Positions 1 to 10,022 are shown, numbered from the stretch's first letter. The stretch is DNA of 64,000 nucleotides from Chitinophagaceae bacterium (GCA_046329585.1 JAXLUI010000001.1:168846-232845); one strand, 5' to 3'. The notes: generated from the letters alone by a model not told the origin. Translations and numbers: made by a program.

Positions 1-860
1 TTCCTTCGCTTGAACAACGAATGGCAGTTTTTGAAAAAGAAGCATTAGACCTGTCTTTAAAAGCCATTGAACAATGTTTTTGCAGCATTATTACCAATAC
101 AGACAAGATCACACACCTGATCACCGTGAGTTGTACAGGCATGAGTGCACCTGGACTCGACCTCCAGATTGCCGAATCGCTTAACCTGCCGCCGACAATT
201 TTCCGCACTTCGGTGAATTTTATGGGCTGTTATGCCGCGATACATGCGCTAAAACTGTCTAAACTAATTTGTGACAGCGACCCGAAAGCCAACGTGCTCA
301 TCGCAGACACAGAGTTGTGCACCCTTCATTTTCAGCAACAATACAATGCAGATAATGCGGCCAGCAGCCTCTTGTTCGCAGACGGCAGTGCGGCTGTTCT
401 GGTTTCAGGGAATTTGTCATCACCACAAGCTATTTCGTTAGATGGTTTTTTTTCGCAGGTTTCATATAAAGGGAAAAAAGACATGAGCTGGCAACTCAGC
501 AGCAAAGGATTTCTGATGACATTAAGCGGGTATGTGCCTCAGTTGGTCCAGGAAGATATCTGCGCGTTGGTTGATTTATCACTCAGTCACCACAACATTT
601 GCAAAAGTGAAGTCTCCCACTGGTGTGTTCACCCAGGTGGCAAAAAAATACTGGATGCAATCGAGCGAAAACTCGATCTTCAACCTGATGATCTTTGCTT
701 TTCACGCAAAGTGCTGAAGCAGTTTGGCAATATGTCTTCGCCAACAATTCTTTTTGTACTGGAAGAAATGATGCAGCGTGCACAGGCTGGTGCAAACATT
801 TTCGGGGTGGCTTTTGGCCCCGGGTTAACAATGGAAACTTTTATCGCTTCGAAAAAATGA
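1..860 (+). CDS. Type III polyketide synthase (chalcone/stilbene synthase family), 5'-truncated at the window edge (about 100 aa missing)
   Basis: The ORF is open from the window start in frame 3. Motif VNFMGCYAAIHALKLS corresponds to the CHS active-site Cys region, and the C-terminal FGVAFGPGLTMETF matches the GFGPG signature of type III PKS. Confidence 0.8.
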   Translation, partial: PSLEQRMAVFEKEALDLSLKAIEQCFCSIITNTDKITHLITVSCTGMSAPGLDLQIAESLNLPPTIFRTSVNFMGCYAAIHALKLSKLICDSDPKANVLIADTELCTLHFQQQYNADNAASSLLFADGSAAVLVSGNLSSPQAISLDGFFSQVSYKGKKDMSWQLSSKGFLMTLSGYVPQLVQEDICALVDLSLSHHNICKSEVSHWCVHPGGKKILDAIERKLDLQPDDLCFSRKVLKQFGNMSSPTILFVLEEMMQRAQAGANIFGVAFGPGLTMETFIASKK

Positions 861-1552
861 ACCTCCGGCAACGTTGCCATACGAAAGAATTGTTGGACAG
901 CGACCATATTCCTTTTGACGACATCAAAAAGAATATGCAGGAGCTCAATTTTATCAACACCTGGCTCGGCGGACACCGTATCAGTATAGGCGGATTAAAA
1001 AAACTGCTCGACTCACGAACGCACATTTCGATTTGTGAAATCGGCTGCGGCGGTGGAGATAACCTGGCAGCTATTGCAAAATGGTGCAAAGAAAACGGCA
1101 TCGGCGTTACCTGTACCGGTATAGACATTAAGGAAGAGTGTATCAACTTTGCAAAACAAAATCTGCAACTACCTCCTGAAACTGCATGGATAACGAACGA
1201 CTATGCTGCAGTGCGCTTTCATAAAAAACCCGACATTATTTTCTCCAGCCTCTTTTGTCACCATTTTACGGAAGCCGAATTGGTGAAGCAGATTCTATGG
1301 ATGAAGGAAAATACTGCTATAGGTTTTTTTATTAACGACTTGCAAAGGCATTCGGCGGCATATTACTCAATTAAATTGCTAACTAAACTTTTTTCGTCAT
1401 CCTACATGGTTAAGAATGATGCACCTTTAAGTGTAGCGAGAGGCTTTACAAAAAAGGAATGGGTTAACATTTTTTTACTGGCAGGCATTCCTCAATTTGC
1501 TGTTCAATGGAAATGGGCTTTCCGGTATTTAATAGTTTGCAAAAATGATTGA
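857..1552 (+). CDS. Class I SAM-dependent methyltransferase
   Basis: The ATG overlaps the upstream stop (ATGA), suggesting translational coupling. The glycine-rich SAM motif ICEIGCGGGDNLAAIA is present. The ORF extends upstream of this ATG into the PKS gene, so 857 is the most parsimonious start. Confidence 0.7.
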   Translation: MNLRQRCHTKELLDSDHIPFDDIKKNMQELNFINTWLGGHRISIGGLKKLLDSRTHISICEIGCGGGDNLAAIAKWCKENGIGVTCTGIDIKEECINFAKQNLQLPPETAWITNDYAAVRFHKKPDIIFSSLFCHHFTEAELVKQILWMKENTAIGFFINDLQRHSAAYYSIKLLTKLFSSSYMVKNDAPLSVARGFTKKEWVNIFLLAGIPQFAVQWKWAFRYLIVCKND

Positions 1553-2687
1553 TAACGCAGGTATATACGATGTTGCCATAATTGGTGGTGGGGTCGGTGG
1601 TCTAACACTAGCCATCCAATGCGCTGGTGCTGGCTATAAGACGATTCTTTTTGAAAAAGAAGCTTATCCATATCACAAGGTTTGTGGCGAATACATCAGT
1701 ATGGAAAGCTTTTCTTTCCTTCAACAGCTTGGGTTAAATCTCAGTGCGCTTAATCTGCCGGTAATAAATCGCCTTCAACTTTCCGATATTCACGGAAACC
1801 TTTACCAGTTTCAACTCCCGCTTGGCGGTTTTGGAATAAGCAGGTATAATATCGACCATAAGCTTGCGCAGATGGCTGCTGAAAAAGGGGTTACACTGCT
1901 GCAATCAACAAAGGTGACCAATATTTCTTTTGAGCACGACTGCTTTAGAATTGAAACAAGTGGGGCAACTTACCGCGCAAAGACTGCCGTCGGGGCTTTT
2001 GGCAAACGATCAAATCTTGATATCGGCTGGAAGCGTAATTTTATAACGCAAAAGCCTGATAAGCTCAATAATTGGGTTGGTGTAAAATACCACATACGCT
2101 TTCCCTTTCCCCATGCAAACATCGCTTTGCATAATTTTAAAAACGGCTATTGCGGCATCTCTAATATTGAAGATGGTCAGTGCTGTCTGTGTTATCTTAC
2201 CCGTGCGGAGAACCTGCGGGATAACGAGAATTCCATTGGAAAAATGGAGCAAAACGTACTTCGCAAAAACCCTTTGCTAAAAGAAATTTTTGACAAAGCC
2301 AGCTTCATGTATGCGCAGCCGCTTAGCATCTCGCAGGTGAATTTTTCTCCAAAAACCCTCGTTGAAAATCACATTTTATTGATTGGTGATGCGGCAGGAC
2401 TTATTACCCCGCTGTGCGGCAATGGCATGAGCATGGCAATGCATGCGGGTAAACTTGCTTTTGAAAATATCGATATGTTTTTCCGGAAAAACATATCCAG
2501 GCAGCAAATGGAAACCTCATACCAAAGTCAGTGGAAACAGCAATTCAGTAAAAGGCTATTCATCGGGCGTACCGTTCAAAAATTATTCGGCAATAATGGA
2601 ATTACCACAGGTTTCCTCCGCATTATGAGCAAGCTGCCCTGGCTTGCAAAAAAGCTTATCAGTTCCACCCACGGAAAACCATTTTAG
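1545..2687 (+). CDS. FAD-dependent oxidoreductase (geranylgeranyl-reductase / flavin monooxygenase-like family)
   Basis: N-terminal Rossmann dinucleotide-binding motif YDVAIIGGGVGGLTLAIQCAGAGYKTILFEKE. The gene overlaps the upstream methyltransferase by 8 nt. Confidence 0.75.
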   Translation: MIDNAGIYDVAIIGGGVGGLTLAIQCAGAGYKTILFEKEAYPYHKVCGEYISMESFSFLQQLGLNLSALNLPVINRLQLSDIHGNLYQFQLPLGGFGISRYNIDHKLAQMAAEKGVTLLQSTKVTNISFEHDCFRIETSGATYRAKTAVGAFGKRSNLDIGWKRNFITQKPDKLNNWVGVKYHIRFPFPHANIALHNFKNGYCGISNIEDGQCCLCYLTRAENLRDNENSIGKMEQNVLRKNPLLKEIFDKASFMYAQPLSISQVNFSPKTLVENHILLIGDAAGLITPLCGNGMSMAMHAGKLAFENIDMFFRKNISRQQMETSYQSQWKQQFSKRLFIGRTVQKLFGNNGITTGFLRIMSKLPWLAKKLISSTHGKPF

Positions 2688-2712
2688 TTTTTTGCTCCCC
2701 GTTGTTGTGAAC

Positions 2713-2732
2713 GCACAAGAGTGCGACGCAAG
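2713..2732 (-). repeat. Family-1 intergenic repeat (variant, reverse orientation)
   Basis: gcacaagagtgcgacgcaag, compared with consensus GTACAAGTGTGCGACGCAAC. Confidence 0.7.
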
Positions 2733-2808
2733 CAAAGCTTAGCAATGTTCTGGAGCCAGGTCCATAATTATTTTATTTACCCGGCACTGGTATTTCAATT
2801 GTAGTTCC

Positions 2809-2827
2809 GTTGCGTCGCACTCTTCAG
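2809..2827 (+). repeat. Family-1 intergenic repeat (forward orientation, CTTCAG variant)
   Basis: gttgcgtcgcactcttcag. It forms an inverted pair with 2713-2732. Confidence 0.7.
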
Positions 2828-2844
2828 CTACACTGCACAAAATC

Positions 2845-2874
2845 AACAAAAAAACCCGTTCGTATTCGAACGGG
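2845..2874 (-). terminator. Rho-independent terminator of the htrA-like gene
   Basis: Perfect hairpin CCCGTTCG-tat-TCGAACGGG is preceded on the plus strand by an A9 run, which is a T-run after the stem on the minus strand. It lies 24 bp downstream of the minus-strand stop. Confidence 0.7.
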
Positions 2875-2897
2875 CTCTGTATATAAGAAAGGTTTAT

Positions 2898-4424
2898 TTA
2901 TTTATCTCCGCCGGCTTCGTCAATATTAAGCGGATAGCCATAAGTGCCATCGTAACCGGGGTAAATACCTTCAAGTTTCACCGTTCCCTGCGAACTCCTT
3001 AGTATAGCCGCAAGTTGGTCCATGGTTCTTACCTCTTGTCCATCGACGCTGGTAATAACAAAACCTTCCTGCATCCTTGTATTCTTCAATATACCATCCC
3101 CCAATTTTTTAACCAGCACGCCTCCGGCGATGTCATTCTTCTTCGCCGTGGCTGCGTCTAAATTTACCAATTCGCCTCCGAGTTTATCCAGCACACTTTC
3201 CTGTTTGACTGTTTCGTAAGTGCCAGCTTTATTTTTCAGGGTAATTGACGCAGTGCTTTCTTTCCCATTTCGAACGTATGTTACGTTTATTTTGTCGCCT
3301 GGTTTATACCGCAATACCTGCTCCTGTAACTCAGGTCCGGTCGCGATTGTAACACCATTCACTTTAGTAATAAAATCGCCTTTTTGCAGGCCACCTTCTT
3401 TCGCAGCACCATCGTCTGCGACACCACTTACAAATACACCTGGGCCGTCTTTAATTCCCTGGGCTTTTTTCTGCTCTTCAGAGGCGTCATCAGGAGGATA
3501 AGAAATACCGATGTATGCCTTCTGAACCGCACCATATTTCATCAGGTCGTTTACCACTTTTTTTACAATGTTAACGGGTATGGCATAGGAGTACCCGGCG
3601 TAGGAACCTGTTGGGGATGCGATGGCAGAATTAATGCCGATCAATTCCCCTTCGGTGTTGATTAACGCCCCACCACTGTTACCCGGGTTAACTGCCGCAT
3701 CGGTCTGTATGAATGATTCAATCGGGTTGGGCCCTTTGTTAATGCCAATTGAACGGGCTTTCGCACTTATTATGCCAGCTGTAACGGTTACATCAAGATT
3801 CAATGGATAGCCAATAGCCAATACCCACTGCCCCAGTTTAACATCGTCGCTGTTGCCGTAAACCATATAAGGTAAATTGCTGGCATCAATCTTAATAACG
3901 GCCAGATCGGTGTTCCTATCTGTGGCAACCACTGTACCCTTATATGTTTTCCTGTTGGACGTTGTTACGGTAACCTCATCAGCATCTTCTACGACGTGGT
4001 TGTTGGTAACAATATAACCATCATTACTTACCAGCACTCCACTGCCGCTTGCACGCTGTTCCGGGATTACTGAGCTACGTGGGCCGCCAAAAAAATCCTG
4101 GAATGGATCATCATCTCCAAAAAGATCGGAAAGTGGGCTTTTTCGTCTTGGAAGATTGTTGCTAACCTGCCTCTCTTTGGTGCGGGTTTTAATATGCACC
4201 ACCGCAGGTGTAGCCGAAGTTGATGCTGCTGTAAAGTCCACTGCACCCGCTGCCATATTGTTTTTGTCGAAAAATCCCGCATAGTTTACGGGGAGTTTTC
4301 CATCTTGCTGTAATACAACAGAGCTATAATTTCCGGCAATCTTATTATAGCCCCACATACTCAAAATGGCGGTAGAAGCACTTATGGCCACCACCAGCAA
4401 AATGTTTTTGAGTTTCATCGTCAT
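2898..4424 (-). CDS. Do/DegP/HtrA-family periplasmic serine endoprotease with two PDZ domains
   Basis: Trypsin-like catalytic motifs (HVVEDADEV, DLAVIK, GNSGGALIN) are followed by two PDZ-like segments. The N-terminus has a signal anchor (MTMKLKNILLVVAISAST). The start was chosen at the internal Met before the signal peptide. Confidence 0.85.
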   Translation of the reverse strand: MTMKLKNILLVVAISASTAILSMWGYNKIAGNYSSVVLQQDGKLPVNYAGFFDKNNMAAGAVDFTAASTSATPAVVHIKTRTKERQVSNNLPRRKSPLSDLFGDDDPFQDFFGGPRSSVIPEQRASGSGVLVSNDGYIVTNNHVVEDADEVTVTTSNRKTYKGTVVATDRNTDLAVIKIDASNLPYMVYGNSDDVKLGQWVLAIGYPLNLDVTVTAGIISAKARSIGINKGPNPIESFIQTDAAVNPGNSGGALINTEGELIGINSAIASPTGSYAGYSYAIPVNIVKKVVNDLMKYGAVQKAYIGISYPPDDASEEQKKAQGIKDGPGVFVSGVADDGAAKEGGLQKGDFITKVNGVTIATGPELQEQVLRYKPGDKINVTYVRNGKESTASITLKNKAGTYETVKQESVLDKLGGELVNLDAATAKKNDIAGGVLVKKLGDGILKNTRMQEGFVITSVDGQEVRTMDQLAAILRSSQGTVKLEGIYPGYDGTYGYPLNIDEAGGDK

Positions 4425-4675
4425 TTTATTTTTTTGTTTTTTAGTTTCTATTGCTTGGTCAAATTTCGTTCCTTTCGATAACAAAGAAACAAACCTGTTT
4501 AATCGTCAGTTGATAAATATTTCCTTTTAACATAAAATTGACGAAAGGAATCGTAGTTCTGACAATTTTTCTTGTGAATACGACAGCTCTTCTGCAACAT
4601 AAAAAAGTCTTTATTAAAACGCGGTTTTGAAACGTTGCAGTGACTATATGAAACAGCCAAAAAATTAAACAATGA

Positions 4676-5677
4676 CTAGCCCAGTTCCAATAAAAATCTC
4701 ATAGTATCTACCCCATCCGCGTAATCCATTAATCCCGGCGATTGCGCCTTTCCAAAACCGGTGTAACCATTGCCTATTACACATTGAATATCGGTATTGT
4801 TTTCGAGTTTATCTGCCACGTGTTCTTGTGACTGATAGTATTCAAAATGGACCTGGCTGACTGGGGAAAAAACCGAATCACTTTCCACGAATATTAGTGG
4901 GTCACTGCTCATATAATATTTGCTATTCATGATTAGCAAAGCCAGTTGGTAATCAAAATTGTGTTTGTATTTATGGAAGTCGAGATAATACTCATATTTT
5001 TTCACAGCCTGCAGCAACGGCATAAAGTCGTAACCGGCAGGCACAAAGAGCTTGGTCACATTCCTGCAACCAAGGCCAAAATAGAGTAGCATATCATCGC
5101 TCAACAACGCCAACTCTTCCTTACTTTCGTCTCCGGTCAGTACTGCTACGGAAGTCCTGTTTCTTCGCAGCAGTGACGGATATTTTCCAAAATAATACTC
5201 AAAATAACGGGAGGTGTTATTACTGCCTGTTGCGATGTACGCATCGCAGTTTTTTAAAGAGTCTTCAAATTTTATATAACGGCTTACGCTTTCATCCCAC
5301 TCTGTCATTTTTTCAACGAAGTGCTTCAGCAGCACTTCATCCTTTGAAGAAAGTTTAACCCGGGCCACATTGCCCGAAATAAAAACGCAAAGCAGGTCAT
5401 GAAAGCCAACCAGGGGAATATTACCTGCCATTACAATACCTACGCTCTTCGCCGGCCGCAGGTGATCTGCCGCCTGGTAGTATTTCAACCAGTTTTCGAG
5501 GTTGTTTTTTTGCAAAAAATGTTCAGCGATATTTTTTGTCGAAAGCTCGATAGACTCAGGTACAAACCATGGATTCTGCCGGTTCGCCTGCTTGTTTGCC
5601 TCAGCGAGTTGCGGATCGTTACTTTGAAGATATTCACCAAGATGATACAGTAAATTCAAACGATTTTTTATTTGCAT
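4676..5677 (-). CDS. Acyl-CoA reductase-like protein (LuxC family), divergent from the ferredoxin gene
   Basis: A 333-aa ORF. Family assignment is from recalled similarity to Bacteroidota 'acyl-CoA reductase' proteins that are conserved next to a small 4Fe-4S ferredoxin. It was not verified by search. Confidence 0.5.
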   Translation of the reverse strand: MQIKNRLNLLYHLGEYLQSNDPQLAEANKQANRQNPWFVPESIELSTKNIAEHFLQKNNLENWLKYYQAADHLRPAKSVGIVMAGNIPLVGFHDLLCVFISGNVARVKLSSKDEVLLKHFVEKMTEWDESVSRYIKFEDSLKNCDAYIATGSNNTSRYFEYYFGKYPSLLRRNRTSVAVLTGDESKEELALLSDDMLLYFGLGCRNVTKLFVPAGYDFMPLLQAVKKYEYYLDFHKYKHNFDYQLALLIMNSKYYMSSDPLIFVESDSVFSPVSQVHFEYYQSQEHVADKLENNTDIQCVIGNGYTGFGKAQSPGLMDYADGVDTMRFLLELG

Positions 5678-5756
5678 GTAAATAATTTAAAACTCTAAAC
5701 TATATTTGAGACCACAATCAAACTTTTACTAATTAATCTTCAAAATTAAACATCCT

Positions 5757-6104
5757 ATGGCTATTAAAATAACTGAGGAATGTATCAACTGCGGGGCCTG
5801 CGAACCCGAATGTCCAAACAATGCAATTTACGAAGGCGGCGTAGAATGGGCCATGGCCGATGGCAATACCCTTAAGGGAACGGTCACTTTAATGGATGGT
5901 TCTGCCGTCGATGCAGAGCAGCGCTTTGAACCAGTGAGTGTTGACACTTATTATATAGTTCCAAACAAATGCACAGAATGCCAGGGCTTTCACGAAGAGC
6001 CACAGTGCGCTGCCGTATGCCCGGTTGACTGCTGCGTTCCCGACGAAATGTATCGTGAAACCGTAGATGAACTGCTTGCCAAAAAAGATAAAATGCACAT
6101 CTGA
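5757..6104 (+). CDS. 4Fe-4S dicluster ferredoxin
   Basis: Cys clusters CINCGACEPECP and CTECQGFHEEPQCAAVCPVDCC. Confidence 0.85.
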   Translation: MAIKITEECINCGACEPECPNNAIYEGGVEWAMADGNTLKGTVTLMDGSAVDAEQRFEPVSVDTYYIVPNKCTECQGFHEEPQCAAVCPVDCCVPDEMYRETVDELLAKKDKMHI

Positions 6105-6237
6105 CTACGACCTTAAATTTCAAGAAATTTAAGGTGGTTTTCTGTTTTGTGATATTACTTAACCATATCTTTCGGGTACAATACTTGTTGCCGTAATTGG
6201 CAACATCCTACAAGCGGGTGATATTTCCCGCAGTAAA

Positions 6238-6273
6238 GGTGAAGGGTCAGCAGTCCTTCACCTTTGTTATTTT
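6238..6273 (+). terminator. Candidate intrinsic terminator
   Basis: Stem GGTGAAGG / CCTTCACC with loop GTCAGCAGT, followed by TTTGTTATTTTC. It lies in the ferredoxin-mutS intergenic region. Confidence 0.5.
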
Positions 6274-6330
6274 CAAACGGGATTTTTTTCCTTTATTTGA
6301 GCCCATCTGACTCCTATTGACCAGGCATCC

Positions 6331-6350
6331 GTTGCGTCGCACACTTGTAC
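6331..6350 (+). repeat. Family-1 intergenic repeat, perfect consensus
   Basis: GTTGCGTCGCACACTTGTAC. Confidence 0.85.
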
Positions 6351-6613
6351 AATTAGTCATAGTTCAGCAAAAACACGAGTGCTAAGCTAATTTCCCCATA
6401 ACTTAATCTCTTCCGTGTTTTCGCTTCGGGGCTTTACAGCTATATGCTTCAATATAGGCGTGCGATCCCGGGTAAGCCTGCACCATAGCGCAGAATGCGA
6501 TGCCTTAAAATGCAAAGGCCGGCAACAAAAAAGTTTCTTCGGACAAACCACAAAATTTCCACATTTATACAGGCTGCATCAGCACATGAACGGCTGTGTA
6601 TATATTTGCCGCA

Positions 6614-9238
6614 ATGGCGAAATCATCCGCAGACACTCCATTAATGCAGCAGCACCGGGCTATTAAACAAAAATATCCGGACGCCATCCTGTTGTTTCAT
6701 GTAGGTGATTTTTACGAAACCTTCGGCGAAGATGCCATCATTGCATCGCGTGTATTGGGCATTACGCTCACGAGGAGAAATAATGGTGCTGCATCGTCGA
6801 GTGAACTGGCTGGCTTTCCGCATCATGCACTTGACACTTACCTGCACAAATTGGTTAAAGCAGGTTACCGCGTTGCCATTTGCGACCAGTTGGAAGACCC
6901 GAAAGCAGCCAAGGGAATTGTGAAGCGCGGCGTTACAGAAATGGTAACCCCGGGTGTGGCGACAAGCGACAAACTCCTGGAACACAACAGCAACAATTTT
7001 TTGGCAGGTATTCATTTTAACGAAAACCAACTGGGCATTGCGTTGCTCGATATATCTACCGGTGAATTCTTTGCCGCCGAGGGTGATGAAGAATACATCG
7101 ATAAACTTCTGCAAAGTCTTAAACCAGCCGAGGTTGTTTTTCAGCGCAGCAATCAAAAACATTTTAAAGAGGTCTTTGGATTAAAGTTTTACACCTACAC
7201 GCTGGATAGCTGGATATTTGATGAAGCCTTTGCTACGGAAAGCCTGCTTAAGCATTTTCAGACGCATTCACTAAAAGGATTTGGCATAGAAAATATGCAC
7301 AACGGCATAGTCGCCGCCGGTGCAGTATTGCATTACCTGAAAGAAACAGAACATCCCAACCTTCAGCATATTACCAATATTCAGCGTATAGAACGCGAAG
7401 ACTATTTGTGGATGGATCGTTTCACCATCCGCAATCTTGAATTGCTTGGCACCGGCCAGGACAATGGCAATTATTTGCTGAAAGTTTTAGACAACACAGT
7501 AAGCCCCATGGGTGCGCGTATGCTTAAACGCTGGACGGTGCTGCCTCTGCGCGACATCAAAAAAATAAATGAAAGGCTCGATCTTGTTGAGTACTTTATT
7601 AAAGAACCGGATGAAAGAAAGAATCTTCACCACCTCATTAAGCAGTGTGGCGATATTGAAAGGCTGGCGAGTAAAATTCCGTCCAGGAAGATCAATCCCC
7701 GTGAAGTGATTCAACTCGCAAAAGGGCTTGAATACAGCAGCCAAGTAAAACAAATTTGCAGCGTGTCGCCGAATCAATATCTCAACAGGCTCTCCGACGC
7801 GTTGAACCCCTGCCATTATATCAGTGAAAAAATATTCGCTGAAATAACGGAACACCCGCCTGTGACCGTAAGCAAGGGCGGCGTGATCAACGACGGCGTA
7901 ATAGAGGAACTCGACACACTTAGAAAGATCGCAAAAGGCGGCAAAGAATACTTATTAAACATTCAGCAAACCGAAGCTGAGAAAACGGGGATCAGTTCAC
8001 TCAGGATAAGTTTCAACAATGTATTTGGCTACTACCTTGAAGTAACCAATTCGCATAAAAGCAAAGTGCCTGCAGCATGGATCCGCAAACAAACGCTCAG
8101 CAATGCCGAGCGTTATATAACGCCTGAGCTAAAAGAATATGAAGAAAAAATTACGGGAGCCGAAGATAAAATAATGGCCATCGAAGGGGCGTGTTACGAC
8201 AAGCTGCTTACCGAGTTGCAGGACTATATTGCTTCCATACAGGTGAATGGAAATATGCTCGCCATACTCGACTGTCTTTTGTGTTTTGCCAGCAATGCTG
8301 TAGCCTACAACTATAAAAAACCCGAGTTGCACGAAGGTTTTCATTTCGATGTAAAAGAATGCAGGCACCCGGTAATAGAGCGGTACCTTGCAGCTGGCGA
8401 TCATTATGTTTCGAATGATCTTGTTCTCGATCCCGAGCAACAGCAGGTGATTATTCTTACCGGCCCAAACATGAGCGGTAAAAGCGCGCTGCTCAGGCAG
8501 ACAGCATTGGTAACGCTGATGGCGCACATGGGAAGTTTTGTGCCGGCAACAGCTGCGAAAATACCGTTGACTGATAAAATATTTACTCGTGTTGGCGCAA
8601 GCGATAACCTTAGTGGAGGCGAAAGCACCTTTATGGTAGAAATGAATGAAACCGCCAGCATCATCAACAATATTTCCCGGCGCAGCCTTGTGTTGCTCGA
8701 CGAGATCGGCCGCGGCACATCTACCTATGATGGCATTTCGATAGCATGGAGCATTGTAGAGTTTTTGCACAACTCAACTGCTGCTCCAAAAACGTTGTTT
8801 GCAACGCATTACCATGAATTGAATGAACTGGAGAATAAATTACCCCGTGTAAAAAACTATCACATTACCAATAAAGAGGTTGGCAATAAAATTATTTTCC
8901 TGCGCAAACTTGCACCAGGTGGCAGCACACATAGCTTTGGTATTCATGTAGCGAAAATGGCTGGCATGCCTCCCGAACTCATCAACCGCGCCAACGAAAT
9001 TTTGCTTCAACTGGAAGAAAAAAATATAGATGACCCGGAAGAAAGCAACACAACAACTATTCGGCTCGACAACAAGGTAAAAAAGCTGAATACGCCGCAA
9101 ATGCAGCTATCCATTTTTGATGTACACACCGAAACCTTTGACAATATCCGTAAACTGCTCGAATCGATAGACATCAACCGTCTCACGCCCGTGGAAGCGT
9201 TGATGAAGCTGAATGAAATAAAAGGAACGCTTAAATAA
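6614..9238 (+). CDS. mutS: DNA mismatch repair protein MutS
   Basis: N-terminal mismatch-binding motif TPLMQQHRAIKQKYPDAILLFHVGDFYETFGEDA. Walker A GPNMSGKS. Conserved STFMVEM and DEIGRGTSTYDG motifs and a C-terminal HTH region. Confidence 0.9.
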   Translation: MAKSSADTPLMQQHRAIKQKYPDAILLFHVGDFYETFGEDAIIASRVLGITLTRRNNGAASSSELAGFPHHALDTYLHKLVKAGYRVAICDQLEDPKAAKGIVKRGVTEMVTPGVATSDKLLEHNSNNFLAGIHFNENQLGIALLDISTGEFFAAEGDEEYIDKLLQSLKPAEVVFQRSNQKHFKEVFGLKFYTYTLDSWIFDEAFATESLLKHFQTHSLKGFGIENMHNGIVAAGAVLHYLKETEHPNLQHITNIQRIEREDYLWMDRFTIRNLELLGTGQDNGNYLLKVLDNTVSPMGARMLKRWTVLPLRDIKKINERLDLVEYFIKEPDERKNLHHLIKQCGDIERLASKIPSRKINPREVIQLAKGLEYSSQVKQICSVSPNQYLNRLSDALNPCHYISEKIFAEITEHPPVTVSKGGVINDGVIEELDTLRKIAKGGKEYLLNIQQTEAEKTGISSLRISFNNVFGYYLEVTNSHKSKVPAAWIRKQTLSNAERYITPELKEYEEKITGAEDKIMAIEGACYDKLLTELQDYIASIQVNGNMLAILDCLLCFASNAVAYNYKKPELHEGFHFDVKECRHPVIERYLAAGDHYVSNDLVLDPEQQQVIILTGPNMSGKSALLRQTALVTLMAHMGSFVPATAAKIPLTDKIFTRVGASDNLSGGESTFMVEMNETASIINNISRRSLVLLDEIGRGTSTYDGISIAWSIVEFLHNSTAAPKTLFATHYHELNELENKLPRVKNYHITNKEVGNKIIFLRKLAPGGSTHSFGIHVAKMAGMPPELINRANEILLQLEEKNIDDPEESNTTTIRLDNKVKKLNTPQMQLSIFDVHTETFDNIRKLLESIDINRLTPVEALMKLNEIKGTLK

Positions 9239-9335
9239 TTGCCGCAACCAGCCTTGCATCTACCAGTAAAAATAAAAGTGGAAAAATATAATACAAGCTT
9301 TCTTTCCACATCCGGCGACAAATAAGCCCGCACAC

Positions 9336-9343
9336 TATATTTG
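9336..9343 (+). promoter_or_regulatory. Bacteroidota sigmaA -7 element (TAnnTTTG) upstream of the HAD gene
   Basis: TATATTTG lies 20 bp upstream of the ATG at 9363. Confidence 0.3.
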
Positions 9344-9362
9344 CACACGCTAAAAAATACAC

Positions 9363-10022
9363 ATGCAACTGACTACGGTGATTTTTGATATGGATGGGTT
9401 ACTTATCGACAGTGAACCGTTGTGGAATGAAGCGGCAGACGAGGTTTTCAGGATGTATGGCGTAAGCTTATCAGAAGAGCAGTACAATACAACCACGGGT
9501 CTACGTACGAAAGAGTTTGTGCAATGGTGGTTTCACCAGTTCAATCTTGGTGATGCCGAACATGCAAGGGCCGAAAAGCTCATCTTTGAAAAAGTGATGC
9601 AAAAAGTAGATGCCAAAGGAAGGATGATGCCGGGCGTTCATCATATCTTTCGCTTTTTTATAGAGCGCAATTTTAAAATTGGCATTGCCTCTTCTTCGCC
9701 ACAGGCACTCATCGATCTTGTTATAAAAATATGTGGCATCGGCAAATATGTAAATGGCACCGCAACCGCCGAGTATCTTCCGCATGGTAAACCGCATCCC
9801 CAGGTGTACCTCGATTGCGCTTCCACACTAAATTCCAATCCGCTCGATTGCCTTTGTTTCGAAGACTCCTTCCCCGGCATGATCGCCGCAAAAGCTGCGC
9901 GCATGAAATGCGTTGTGGTACCGCATCACAGCCAGGTAAAAGAAGAACGCTGGGCTGCAGCTGATCTAAAACTTTCCTCTTTGCAGAATTTTGGCATGCT
10001 GCATTTAAACCTTTTGCAATAG
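9363..10022 (+). CDS. HAD-IA family hydrolase (sugar-phosphatase / beta-phosphoglucomutase-like)
   Basis: HAD motif I VIFDMDGLLIDSE, motif II IGIASSS, and C-terminal FEDSFPGMIAAKAARMKCVVV. Confidence 0.7.
   Translation: MQLTTVIFDMDGLLIDSEPLWNEAADEVFRMYGVSLSEEQYNTTTGLRTKEFVQWWFHQFNLGDAEHARAEKLIFEKVMQKVDAKGRMMPGVHHIFRFFIERNFKIGIASSSPQALIDLVIKICGIGKYVNGTATAEYLPHGKPHPQVYLDCASTLNSNPLDCLCFEDSFPGMIAAKAARMKCVVVPHHSQVKEERWAAADLKLSSLQNFGMLHLNLLQ

Noticed and set aside
6105-6613. Possible small RNA or tRNA gene in the 510-bp ferredoxin-mutS spacer and in other long spacers (60562-61081, 61502-61913)
   Set aside because: No tRNA cloverleaf features, no RNase P, tmRNA or SRP conserved motifs were recognised by eye. 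The spacer content is explained by a terminator, a repeat copy and promoter-like AT-rich sequence.
6641-8770. Long antisense ORFs inside mutS (6641-7162 minus, 173 aa; 8129-8770 minus, 213 aa)
   Set aside because: They are fully embedded antisense to a confidently identified conserved gene. They have no recognisable motifs and low-complexity composition, so they are spurious.
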